Assembly: GCA_030295235.1 (NCBI GenBank)
Contig: AP026128.1
Coordinates: 496,001 to 560,000 of the forward strand
DNA length: 64,000 nucleotides
From: Fistulifera solaris
Taxonomy: Eukaryota
Direction: 5' to 3'
Translations under genes and position numbers: made by a program
Shown: one piece after another, positions 22,972 to 35,721 of the stretch
Layout of the letters: every line of letters begins with the position of its first letter
Numbering within the stretch: position 1 is the first letter of the stretch
The notes under the pieces: model-generated
What the model was told of the DNA's origin: nothing
Database searches by the model: none
What the model saw: the letters and a program-made list of their open reading frames with translations, nothing else

Positions 22972-24439
22972 TCACTTTAGCACCGCCACAAACCGCAGCG
23001 GGCAATAAGCATCATAATGAGTAGATCGAACCACTTTGTCGGAACTGCGGTACTCAATAGGTGCCACATCAACACCCCATTCCATTATCTGGAATCCAAC
23101 TTCTTCGATAATGTTGTATAGTTCATCCGCGCTGAAACGTATTTGGCTTTTCTGATGCCATTGTAGGGGTCCTACATTAACCCACATTCCTCCTTTCGGC
23201 CTCAACAACTTGGTTATCATGGTGATATATTCCAAAACGTTTGATGCCGTATCCAAAAAAGAAGCAAGTGACCACCACATCGAATTTCGATTGATTGTTG
23301 ACTACGCCGTTGAGCGACAAGAAATCAGCGACGGTGTACGACAAATGTCCTTGCTTTGTGCTCAAGTCATCAACATCGGGATATTGAACTCTTAAATAGC
23401 GTTGACTTGAGTTGACTTCATTGGAGAGTTGATCGGAACTGTATGGATGTATCATCCCCGATTGCTTTCGTTGCAAAATGGAAGCTGCCGCGGCTGCCAT
23501 TCCCACGGATGACTCTAGCGCTTCTACCCACGCGTGTTTGTTTCGAGCCAACTCCCACGCCAAACGTCCCATTCCTGCCCCTGGTACCATAATCCGTAAA
23601 CCCGATTTGTCGATTTTACTCAAACACCAGTCGTAGAGTTGTCGTCGAATCTGTTTTCCCTCAGCTGTCCAATCTCGAACGATGTGCGCCACGACTTGAT
23701 GTGGGTCATCGTACGAATGATCGGCCGTACGCGATGAGAACGTGTTTGTGGAATTTGCTGGCTCACCATCCGGTAAAACGTATGTAGTCTCGAACGGAAC
23801 AAATACTTGCGTCTGAAGAAGATCTTGATCTTGATCAAATATCTCCGAAAGTCGATCGATTCGGTTCTGCAAGCGACCTGTAATATTATCCAAGTTAGTC
23901 AGCTCTTTATTAAAAAGAAGAATGTCCAATCCTTGACTGAGCGTTTGCAATAAGCGAAGATTGTGGGTCCTATATTGCTCGGCAGATTTGTGGAGTAGGG
24001 TCCAATCCGGTTCTTGAAAGACAATAAAGGGCACGGCATTCGATGATCTTTCGCTACTAGATTGATTCAAAGCTGTCTTTTTGTTATAGAGTAATGTGCA
24101 AAAGATATCAAAGAGATAATTGCGAAGGAGAGAGGCAAGGCGGCGATGTTTGCTAGCAACGACCAAGCATGAGGCTGCGAAGATATATTGTGCTCCGACA
24201 GCTTGGAAGAAGACGCTGCAGATACCATATTTTTCCAAAATTTCAACCTGTCGATGCAGTACGTTTATCGGGTAAGCATGTTGTGTTGTGCTGATTATTT
24301 GCAAAAGTAAATACGTTAGTTGTGCTTTGTTTTGTTGCATGATGCGCTGCATTATTTTTGCATCCGATGATAAAATAAAGCGACGAGCGGAAGCATCCTC
24401 GTCATCCAATCTTAACTCCATCCTTCGTATACCATGCAT
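22972..24439 (-). CDS. CARNMT1: Carnosine N-methyltransferase / N2227-like SAM methyltransferase; frameshift ~23256
   Basis: HIVRDWTAEG, MVPGAGMGRLAWE, FDVVVTCFF then (after T-run shift) LDTASNVLEY...LLRPKGGMWVNVGPLQWH. Start codon uncertain. Confidence 0.8.
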
Positions 24440-24678
24440 AACTGCTCTGTCGACGTCAGCCACGCATGACCACGCAAGATCAATCGTTCATCCACAAAAC
24501 CTGACGGCGAACGGCAATCGGTACTGAGTTTCGTCTACACAATAATGTATAGTACAAACAAGAATTCTGCGCCATGGAAAACTTGGCGCATTATTTTGCA
24601 ACACTTTTTCATTTCAACCAAATTCAAGAAAAGATTTCCACCATTTTATCATTGACTGGGACAGTCTGAGTTCACAAA

Positions 24679-25809
24679 ATGAATGAGCCCGGCGATGCCG
24701 CTGAAGCTCAGCGACGAGAGGAACGTCGCCGCGCTCAAAGGAATGAAGTACTCGCCGCCATTCGTCCTGCACGAAGAAGTTGGCAACGGCTTCTGGATCT
24801 ACAGGATAACACATCGACGGAAAGTACTCGTGATGGAACGACAAGTTCTAATACTGAGGTAGCAGACGGCGAAGAGGACGAGGAGGATCAGTCCCGAACC
24901 TGGACGCAAAGCATGCGATGGTTATTGCACCGAGGCGACCATGAAGCAGATGATCATCCTATGCACCAACGAATCATGGATTTGCGCGCCCTTGCGATCC
25001 AAAATCGTATGATTCGACTCGACAGCGGGCATCACGCTCGAGGAAATGAATCGCACGCTGCTAATGCAACAACCGCTTCTAGCTCTAATGAAACAAACGG
25101 GGAGCTATCTCCTCTCATGACTGCCTCCGCGATCGGCGATATTGATCAATTAACTGATCTACTTCAAACACACACTTGGTCACGCGTCAAGGGAGATCAT
25201 GGACAAACACCGCTCCATGAGGCTTCAAGAAATGGTCACGTTGAAGCGGCGCGCTTGCTAATTGAGTTCTGCAATGGTATCGAGATGGTTCGCGACAGCG
25301 ACAAACTGTCCCCACTTCATTATGCAGCAGAAAGCGGTCATTTGGATGTCGTCTCACTTCTCCTCTCGTGTGGTGTTGACGTGAATACAAAAGTCGCTTC
25401 CAAACCACAGCCTTGCACGTCGCTAGTAGAAACGGCCATTTATGCGTTGTCGAGGTCTTAATAGAGCACGGTGCCGACGTAAACCAGATCGACAATAAAA
25501 GCGCACCGCGCTTCACAAAGCATGTCTGAAAGGGCATCGCGATGTCGCTGCCTACTTGATAGAGCACGGGGCGGAAGTAGACGCTAAGACAAGCAGCGGT
25601 CAAACAGCTTTATGTAAAGCTCTAAAAGGTCGGCATGCTGCCACCGTTCAGCTGCTATTGGAAAAGGCGCAAAAATTCAAGAAAGAGACAAAGAGCATGG
25701 GTCTCTATTGATTCGTGCATTGGAGACAGACTTTTTAGATGCTTTGTTCTTGATTATCCGTTTGAACCCACAATATTGGTTTTCGATTCAAGATCGCTAT
25801 GTACCATAA
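24679..25809 (+). CDS. Ankyrin-repeat protein; three frameshifts in A-runs
   Basis: GQTPLHEASRNGH, SPLHYAAESGH, then in shifted frames TALHVASRNGH, TALHKACLKGH, GQTALCKA; ends ...QDRYVP* at 25809. Confidence 0.8.
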
Positions 25810-26924
25810 TAAAGTAGATATACCTTAGAACAACTAACACTGTACCTTTGTAGATATTAGGGTATAAAATGTTTACAATTATGATAGACATCGGCGAGGT
25901 GAGTTGACTCATCGTCACAAATTTATGACTTCACCCTTGTGTTTTTCGCTAAAACACAAAGCACAAGCGACAGGCCGCGCTCAGCGACTTTCCCGATAGT
26001 CGGACCACAACTGTTGTATTTGTTGCTCACAGCTTGCTTTGATCATAAAATGTTTCAAACTATGGCTTTGTGTTAAAAAGGTTGGGTTCGGTTGTGGGAA
26101 GTTTTGGTGAGAAATGATTTGTGAGGAGAATCAAAACGAAACGCCACGCAGCCATGAAAAAGCCGATCAGGTATCCAATCGTCATAGCACATACTATCTT
26201 CCTGTCGCAGGCTATTGTGGATACTGTTTTACTATAGTGCCATAGAGCAGCCTACGGCGCAGAATTGTACTGAGCTGCGCGGAGTTGGCGCGAGAAGGGA
26301 GGGAATTTTGGAATGCGGTATTGGGCTCGAGTAAGTCCTCTACGACGACAATCGGTACAAACAGCATCATCGTCAATCATCGCAGAACAGCTCGTCGTGA
26401 ACATTGGCTGAAGACGACTGCAAAGTTGTCGGTGGTGAGTCGGAACTTTGCCTCTTTTTCTTTTGTATCGTTTTGTATGTGTTGATGAGAATATGATTAG
26501 TGGTTTTTTATTGAGAAGATTGAGTCAAATGAAGCGAGAAAAAGAAGGATCGAACGCCATGGTTGTCGTTGCATTTTTCGGTAGGATGACTGCGTGAGAT
26601 GTACAGGGCCTTCGGGTCATGTATGTTCGTCACTCCAAAAATGTTTCTTGTAGATGTGAAACTAGCAAATGTCGCAAAGGACGTTGGTTACTTAATGCGT
26701 TTGTTAAGTGGATAACGTGATTACCGCGCTGCGACAAGTAGTCCGTACTTACTAAACAATTTCGCCGATGGGGAGGATGTCCTCGAACTGTTGCTACCGT
26801 TGTATGCGAATGAGTTGGGTTATCTCCGCTATTCTTTCTAACACTGTTCTTTTCAGTCTGTTAATTGGAACTCAGGTAATCAAAGATCATAGAAGTAACC
26901 TTCCTTACTGCGTTTGATCCAAAG

Positions 26925-29900
26925 ATGATGATTCCTTTTGACCAAAACGGAGGTCCGCAGCAAGGTCAACCCCAATCAATGCGACCTCCTATGCCACCGG
27001 GTCACATGCAACCTTCTCCTGCGGGTGTAATGCAGCATGGTCATCCCCAGCAGCCGATGAATCCGCCGCCGTACTCACATCGACCTTCCGGGGGTATGCC
27101 GGTGCAACCTCCTCATTACATGCCTCCTTCTCCTGCGCAACACCAAGGAAATTTTAACGGAGGAATTCCAGGAAATGCTGGCCAGTATTCTTCTCATCCG
27201 CCGCTACATCAATCTCAACCCCCGATGCATCCGATGGGACATCCAGGGCAGATGCATCACTCTCAAATGAATCGACAGCACCCGAGCAACATGGGAATGC
27301 CTCCTATGCAGCAGCATGATCCAATGATGAATTCAAGTCAAGGGCATGGTCGACCGCCGCCTCCTCAGCAGTATATGAACACACAACAGCCACCGCCACC
27401 GCCCGCGCAACCGCAGGGAATGGGTGGGGAAGTTGGCAAAGTGATAGAGATATACCGCACCGAAGGGAAATGATACAACACATGTAAGTATTTTGCCGAA
27501 AGAGTGTCTCAATGATGCTTTCCTTCTTCAGCATCACTCACAATTCGTTGCAGTATCAAATTGCTTAAGAAAGATAGAAGCGGATCACCTGAATCACTGA
27601 ATAGACTCCCGCAAATGGCGAAGCATTTGGAAGTATCACTTTATCGCAACGCGCCTTCGTTTGAGGCTTTCGTCGATATGTCAACGCTCAAGCAACGTTT
27701 GCATCAAATAGCTGCTGAGGTCTCGCGGAGGTCTCGCTCGCAAAATGATTCTAGACGTGATGATTCGATGCGGACTCAAGGTGTTGATCACTCTATGTCA
27801 TCGTTCAGTCAAAATGGTATGCGAGGAGGATCTTCATCGCCTTATATGGGGAGCATGAGCACTGGTAACGGCAGCATGAACAATGGGCACATGAATAGCG
27901 GAGGAATGAACAACAACAGCATGAACAGCGGAAGCATGAACAGCGGGAGAATGGTCAACATGGAGGACATCAATCCGATGTCGAGTGGAGGAGGGTCGCA
28001 GGTCTACCACCAGCAGCCTCAACGGAATGACAGGATGAGCCAGCATCAACCACCACCGCAGCAACAGCCGCCGCCGCAGCAGCACCGTCCGAACATGCAA
28101 GCTTCGGCGATGCAATCACAAGGTCAGAACCGCAACGACCCGGAGTGGAAACTCAGGATACGGCACAAGCAGCAACGTTTGTTACTTCTCCATCATTCAG
28201 CGAAGTGCAACCATAAAGGTCAATGTCCAGTAACGCCCCACTGTGCCGACATGAAGCGACTTTGGAGACACATGGAGGGTTGTAAAGACAATCAATGCCG
28301 TGTACCACATTGCTTCTCTTCTCGAGCTATTTTGAGTCACTATAGGAAGTGCAAAGATCCTGCTTGTCCAGCGTGTGGACCAGTACGTGAAACAGTTCGA
28401 AAAGGACAGCGAAGCGGCTCCAACCCGAACGCTATGAGTATGATGAGGACATCTTCGCCAGCTATTCCCAATCAACAACCGCAGCAACCAATGATGCAGG
28501 CTCCTGAAATGGTACAAATGGGTAGCTCGTCATTCGGCGGAGTTTCTGTTCGGTCGAGCGGAGGGCATTCTGTAATGCCACCCCGGCTTCGAACGTTCCA
28601 GCCGGAAGCAATGAAATGCAATATCCCCCACAGTATCGATCAAGTAATCCGGTTCTATCAAACGATCCGGGGTTCTTCGGTAATGACCAGCAGGCTCCAG
28701 ACGCCCATGGTGCATCAAGTTCTGCAACTAACCAGTCATCGCTCAAGGATCCATCATCGACTACCATCCCAGGAGGAAGTCGTCCACCAGGAAGTAGTGA
28801 ATCAGAGTGGCAGAAAATTCGCCATAAGCAACAACGGCTTCTATTGTTACGACACGCTTCACGATGCCAGCACGAATTGGGTACATGTCCAGTAACGCCT
28901 CACTGCGCCAGTATGAAAAAGCTTTGGGACCATATTGCCCACTGCAAAGATCAGCAATGCAAGGTTCAACACTGTCTAACAAGTCGTTATGTGCTCAGTC
29001 ATTATCGTCGATGCAAGAATGCGCGATGTCCCTCCTGCGGGCCGGTTCGTGATTCCATTCGGCGGTCGGCGTTGAAAGAGAAACAACAACAAGGGGGTCA
29101 AATTCAACAACATAGTGGTGCCATGAGCTCTAATATGCTGGATGACGACGTTTTTAAGACTCCTATGTCCTCACCGCCTCAGCTTGAGCCCTCACCGACG
29201 GATTCGTCTTTGCGGCCGGAACTGAAAAGAAGAAAGAAGGAAGACGACGCATCTGAAGCAACAGGCTCGACGATGGTTACCAGCAACGAGACTTTGAAAG
29301 TGCCATCTGCACCCGCTTCGTCTTTGACCGTAAAGAGTGAGACGAATTTACAGGCAGTCCAACCAGCGGAAGCGGATTCGAAATCGAAGGATCCTAGAAA
29401 TGCTGATAGGTCCTTGTTGAATAGCTTCAGTTTGAAGGAACTTGAAACGCATTTGCAATCTCTTGACCGGAAAACTCAATTACCCGCTGCCAAGCTTAAA
29501 GCCAAATGCCAAGAAGTTCTGAAGGGATTACAGACACACCAGCATGGATGGGTTTTCAATTGTCCTGTCGACCCTGTTGAGCTTGGTCTTCCAGATTACT
29601 TTGAGATTATTAAAAAGCCTATGGACCTTGGGACTATTCAGAAAAAGATCGAAAGCGGAAGCATCCATTCAATCGAGGAGTTCATATCCCTTGTGCATCT
29701 AACCTTTGATAACGCCATGGCATACAACGAGTCCGAGTCCGTGGTGTACGGCATGGCGAAGGAACTCAAAACGAAGTTTGAGGGAGACGTGAAGAAGCTA
29801 ATGAAGACTTTAGAAGAGGAAGACTTGCAGCGGCGTCAGAATGATCGTGCCTGTCACCTATGTGGATGCGAGAAGCTGTTGTTTGAACCACCGGTATACT

Positions 29901-32170
29901 TCTGTAACGGAATGAATTGTCCAAGTCAGCGCATCCGGAGAAACAACAATTTTTACATCGGGGGCAACAATCAGTATTTCTGGTGTAGTTCATGCTATAA
30001 TGAACTGGACGACAAGATTCCCATAGAGTTGATCGACATGACAATTATGAAGAGTGATCTGACCAAGAAGCGAAACGACGAAGTGCACGAGGAAAGCTGG
30101 GTGCAGTGCGATACATGCGAAAACTGGGTTCATCAGATTTGCGGACTTTTCAACACTCGTCAAAACAAGGAGCATCACAGCGAATATAATTGCCCAAGGT
30201 GCATTCGGGATAAGCGATTAGCGAATGGTGACATCCCCATGCCTAGACCACCAGGCGCGTCGGATTTGCCACGAACAACCTTATCGGAGTGTCTGGAACA
30301 GCATATTGCAAAGAGAATTGAGAAGAAAAAGCGACAACTCGCAGAAGAGAAAACCAAAAATGAGGTACGTCAATGAATTTTCGTTCTACTATTTTATGAA
30401 TTACATCTCACCGTTATCGTGCTTAGGGAATATCTATGGAGGAAGCGTTGAAACACGTCGAGTCCGGAGGACCGATCATTATCCGCCAGGTCACAGCCAT
30501 GGATCGTAAACTCGAAGTACGAGATTTGATGCGAGAACGCTACGCGCATAAGAACTACCCCGAGGAGTTTCCCTTCCGTTGCAAGTGCATCGTAGTATTC
30601 CAGAAGCTCGATGGAGTTGATACGATTTTGTTTGCCCTCTATGTGTACGAACACGGAGAGAATAATCCACCTCCCAATCAGCGGTGTGTTTACATCTCCT
30701 ATTTGGATAGTGTGCATTTTATGCGACCGCGAAACTTGAGAACGTTTGTCTACCACGAGATTTTAATAGCATATTTGGATTATGCGCGTCAACGAGGTTT
30801 CGCCACTGCGCACATCTGGGCATGTCCACCGCTTCGAGGCGACGACTACATCTTTTCGCGAAGCCAGAAGATCAGAAGACACCACGTGACAACAGGCTTC
30901 GTCAATGGTATCAAGAAATGTTGGTCGAAGCTCAAAAACGAGGCATTATTGGAAGACTCACGAATATGTACGATCTATACTTTGCAAATGAATCGCTTGA
31001 TGCGACTGCAGTTCCTTATCTAGAAGGCGACTACTTTCCCGGCGAAGCCGAAAATATTATTAAAATGCTGCAAGAAGGCAAAGGCAAGAAAGCGGGCAAC
31101 GGCGGTAAAAAGAAAAAGAGCAAGACTAGTACGAGCACAACTGGTACACGGTCGACTGGTGTCGACGAGGAGGCCCTTTGGCTAGCGGCTTTATGGACGA
31201 CGCCAAATCGTTGAAAGACCTAGATCGTGATCAGGTGATGGTAAAGCTTGGAGAGACAATCCAGCCGATGAAGGAAAGCTTCATTGTCGCATTCTTGAAC
31301 TGGTCGGGGGCGAAAGAGGAGGACAAGGTTGTTCCGGAGGCGATAGCCAAGGCTCGAGCCGAATACAAAGACGAGAATTTAGAAAGTGACCTCGCCGGAA
31401 GTAAGCGCGACGCTCTCGGTCATGCTGGAAGAAGCTCATCTGATTCTGTGAAGGTCATCGACGACGACGAAGAGGATCTTGATTGCGAATTTCTCAATAA
31501 CCGGCAGGCATTCTTGAATCTTTGTCGTGGTAACCATTATCAGTTCGATGAGCTCAGACGTTCCAAGCACACCTCCATGATGGTTCTTTGGCATTTGCAC
31601 AACAGAGATGCACCGAAATTTGTTCAACAATGCGTCGCTTGTAATCGGGAAATTCTCAGTGGTAAACGATACCATTGTGGCACGTGTCCCGACTATGATC
31701 TTTGCCAAGAGTGTTACAAAGACCCGAAGGTCAACCGAGGAAACTGCACGCATCCCCTGACTCCCATTGCTGTCGACCCTGACGCCAACCAGGAACGAAA
31801 TGGAATGGACGACGCTGAGCGACAGGCTCGTCAACGTAATCTCATGATGCACATCCAGCTGATCGAACATGCATCGGGTTGTGTGTCGAAGACTTGCACG
31901 TCGTCGAACTGCGCTAAGATGAAGAATTATCTTCACCACGCGAGTATTTGCCGTGTGAAAGTGCAAGGCGGATGCAAGATCTGCAAGAAAATCTGGACGC
32001 TTCTGAGAATCCATGCTCAGAAATGCAGGCAAGTGCGCTGTCCGATTCCTCAATGTAATGCTATTCGAGAGAAGATGCGGCAATTGCAGAAGCAACAACA
32101 AGCTATGGACGACCGACGCCGCTTGGAAATGAATCGTCATATGCGTTTCGGTGGAGCAGCTCCGTCGTAA
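26925..32170 (+). CDS. CBP: CBP/p300-type histone acetyltransferase (KIX-like, 2x TAZ, bromodomain, RING/PHD, KAT11 HAT, ZZ, TAZ); introns 27484-27553 and 30365-30427; frameshifts ~27428, ~28582, ~30853, ~31177
   Basis: [14 protein letters not shown] and [17 protein letters not shown] fingers; bromodomain ([24 protein letters not shown]); [60 protein letters not shown] ([13 protein letters not shown]); C-terminal TAZ. Probable 5'-UTR intron 26434-26856. Confidence 0.93.
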
Positions 32171-32283
32171 CGTTGGCTAAGTTTACACATGAAGTATGCA
32201 TAAAACGTATAGACCTTTGGTTAATGCTTGAGTGTAGTAATAAAGACTTGCACTTTTCGACAACTATAGGCCTACAAGAGTTC

Positions 32284-32565
32284 GATTCGTGACTGCAGGG
32301 CAGCCGTGGCGAAAAACAGACACTGTATTATTGTCCTCTGGTAATTCAGGAAGACAACTATTCCCCACGCTTCATGACGTAAACAATCCTGATTCGTGTT
32401 CCAAATAAAGTGGTATATGTATGATGTACGCGACAAATAATGTAGTCTAGTGAGCCAAGTTAGCAAGACGAACAGACGTTTCAATAAAAGTCTGGATCGC
32501 GACGATTACGCTTCGTGACTGCCATGCAGTCGTGGATAAGTTGATATACACTTTGTCCTATAGTA
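32284..32565 (-). repeat. Pair of conserved core elements (32284-32309 and 32510-32565)
   Basis: gattcgtgactgcagggcagccgtgg and gcttcgtgactgccatgcagtcgtgg...tacactttgtcctatagta, 226 bp apart; reverse complements match the 17867 core. Confidence 0.8.
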
Positions 32566-32730
32566 CCTTCATTTTATTTGGACCCTTTAATGCAGACCAA
32601 ATTCTGCAGAAAGGGCGCCATCTGTCGTCCGAAAGTCCGAATGCATTCTCGTTGCACCGAAATAATCAGCATCATCGCAAGTATCACTATTAATCATTTC
32701 ATTTACCACAAGAGTCCTACTGTAAAAGAG

Positions 32731-34355
32731 ATGGTTTGGTAGCTATAGAGCGCTCTAACACCACCAGTGAAAAATTTGTTCAAAGCTTTTCGAAAGATTG
32801 AATCACCGTCAACTTGTTGCATCATGCTAGCGAATCTTTTGGGCAAGGAACTCCTGAAAACCGATGCGAACATCCGTAACATTAAAGCCAACGGAATGGT
32901 TTCCTCGAGACACGCTACAACTCCCATTTCGATCCAATTAATGAGATCGGTGTCGGGATTGTGCTGCGAAGAATGCAACCTTCCGGAAAGCGAGGAAGAA
33001 CGCATGCACCGCTACGATTTAGATGCCCTCCGACGTCAGAATTCGTCCACTTCACCGCTCGTATTAGCTCCCATGAGTGCACCCAACAATGTGAAACGTG
33101 TCGAGCAAATTATTACGGACTACATTGCGGCGTGTCGCTTTTACGGATGCGGCGATCGCATCAATGCCGGAGTCTTGACCACGATCCGATTCTCTTTGCC
33201 CAGCCTGCGACTCAGTGGCGGCTTTCACGATGCCGACATGTTGGCCTTATCGGAAATTATGTTTCGACACGCCAACAGTGCGTTGAGCTTTATTCATAGA
33301 TTGGACTTTTCCTTGTCCTCCAAAGAAGGACAGTTGCACGGACGAGCCGGCTTTCGTTCGCACGGTGCACTGGCGTTGGCGAAAATTCTGCAGTGTTCGG
33401 AGTATATTAAAGAAGTCAATGTCAAACGCAACCGCATTGGATCGTTCGGGGCGTCGGCGTTGTTTTTAGCCTGTTCGAGCAACCCTACTCTTGAAACGTT
33501 GGGCCTCGAGGCTTGTCGGATTGGTGAAAGGGGCGCTTTGGCGTTTGCGGAAATCATGTCGTCGAATTCCGAGTCAGGTTTGCGTCAAGTCGATCTAAGT
33601 GGAAATTACATCGGTTTCAAAGGGGCGTTCGCGATCGAGGAATGTTTGCAAATACGCCGACAAAAGGGTCTCCCCGAAATTCATGTTGATGTGGAGAGTA
33701 ACTTGGTGTTTGCCGAAGTAATGAACGGAGTGACGCACGGCGTCGGCATGATTCTAGCTTTAGTGGCGAGTGTGCTGCTGTCCAAACAAGTGGAGAACAA
33801 GTCGCATCGACACGTGATTAGTTGCGGTGTGTACTCGGCGTCACTCATGGTCTTGTATCTCAGTTCGACCTTATTCCATTCACTGTTCGCCCTACGAAGT
33901 ATCCGGTGGGTTTTACGGTCGCTGGACAAGAGTGCTATTTACATTCTGATTGCTGGTACATACACTCCTTTCTTACAGATCGTTCTGGCCAAGGATCCTT
34001 TGTTTTCGACCTATCTGCTGGCGTTCCTTTGGATTTGCTGTGTATTGGGTATTTGGGTGGAAGCCTTCCAGACGGAATGGAAGTATCGAGGTCATTTCTC
34101 GCTACTCATGTATTTGAGCATGGGATGGTCGGCCTTGACGTTCCTTCCTACCGTCATTACGCGTCTCCCTCCTCGCCCACTGATCTATCTCGTGTTGGGT
34201 GGTGTTTCCTACACGACCGGCGTTCCCTTTTTGTGCGCAACAATAACTTGGATCACGCGATATGGCACGTATTTGTCTTGGCGGGAAGTATCTTTCACTG
34301 GTGGGTTATTTACCGATATGTGGCACCTGCGGAGCTCGGTTATGCCACTGGCTAA
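32731..34355 (+). CDS. RNI-like leucine-rich-repeat domain fused to haemolysin-III/PAQR 7-TM domain; start uncertain, frameshift ~34230
   Basis: LRRs ([33 protein letters not shown]). HlyIII motifs [44 protein letters not shown] and, after a T-run shift, [15 protein letters not shown]. Confidence 0.85.
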
Positions 34356-34468
34356 ATAGGTAACGGAATGGAATGAATCAAGTGAGAGCAATAAGATTAA
34401 TAGTTACGGAGTAAAAAACTACACTATAGCTATTTTAAAACTTATTCGACTGTTTCTACTACGCTACT

Positions 34469-35066
34469 TCATGGATAAGAAGGAAACCCTGGAGGTTGTG
34501 GCGGAGGGGGAAGATGACTTGGCGGTGGTACCATTGCATTACCCGGCGGAGGCAGCATTACACTTCCCGGCGGAGGCACCATAGTATTTCCGGGAGGGAG
34601 CATGGGCGGCGGAGGAGGAGGAACATAGCGCGGCGGCGGTGCTTGTCCCGGAGGCGGAGGAATGAAACCAGGGCGTACCCATGTTCGTTTCCCACTGACG
34701 GTATCAATAAAGAAACTAATTCCCGTCACTTCATCGAGTTCTTCCTTCCACCCATCCGGCAACGGAGGGACCGCCGGATCATCGACGCCTCTGGCCCGAA
34801 TATAAGCTTGTTGCGCCGCAGCCAGTCCCATGGGACCGCGTTGCCATTCTTGAACGTGTTTTTCGTAATGCTGTCGCTCAACAAATAAACGAGTGAATGA
34901 GAAAGACAAAGAAACAAGAAAGAAATGAATCATCTTACGACACGAAGAGCACACGTACCAATTTGAAGTTCTCTCGAAATTTCCATCCTCGTCTCTGCTG
35001 CTTGCGACCCGCCGCACTGTCGTGTGTCAAATACGTATTGGAGTAATCATCAAAGAATCGTGGCAT
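34469..35066 (-). CDS. SNRPC: U1 snRNP protein C homologue lacking Zn ligands, with WW domain and Pro-rich tail; intron 34958-34871
   Basis: [40 protein letters not shown] aligns without gaps to U1-C (MPKFYCDYCDTYLTHDS...RKTHCSGRKHKENVK); WW domain PLPDGWKE...[19 protein letters not shown] tail. Confidence 0.85.
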
Positions 35067-35721
35067 GTTGGAAGAAGAAATATAAAGCAATGAAAGAGAA
35101 ATGATAGTCAGTGGTTTCATGCGCAGCAATAATAACAGAGCGTTTTTTTTGCGCTGTAATTCCCGGACTGAATTCGATTGAGTCGTCATCCGAAGTCACT
35201 CAAACCTTACTTCTTCATTACTACGTACCAGGTACGGAGTAAAAGCTAGGGCGTCGTATTCGTATCGAATGCGATGTCATTTCAACAATCGAAAACACTA
35301 ACACTTACAAGACTATAGCTTGCCACTGACCTGACGACTGATCTTGCTAACGATTGGAAACACCTATCGACAACAGCCGCTTGGATGATTTGGGATCGAG
35401 AGAATGTGTGATGAGTATGATTGACAACGAGAACACAGATGAGTGCTTCATGTCTTATGGAGTACAATGACATCATTTGAGACTCGTGATAGAACTTTTA
35501 TAGTAAAACAAAGAAGAGGAAAAGTAAAGCGTGAAGCACTGCTCGAGAAAACATAGGTGCGAAATTTTTAACGAATCAGCATATCGGTATAGCAAAAAGA
35601 GTGTCACATTTTGTTTTCTCTTTTCGTTGGATCCCCAATCTCAACCAATGTCAAAAATGTGAAGGAGCTCATAAAACGATTTCGCCTCTGTTGACAACGC
35701 AAAGTCTCTCGTATCATCACC

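Noticed and set aside
31436..32140. 234-aa antisense ORF
   Set aside because: Shadow of the CBP coding strand; no motifs.
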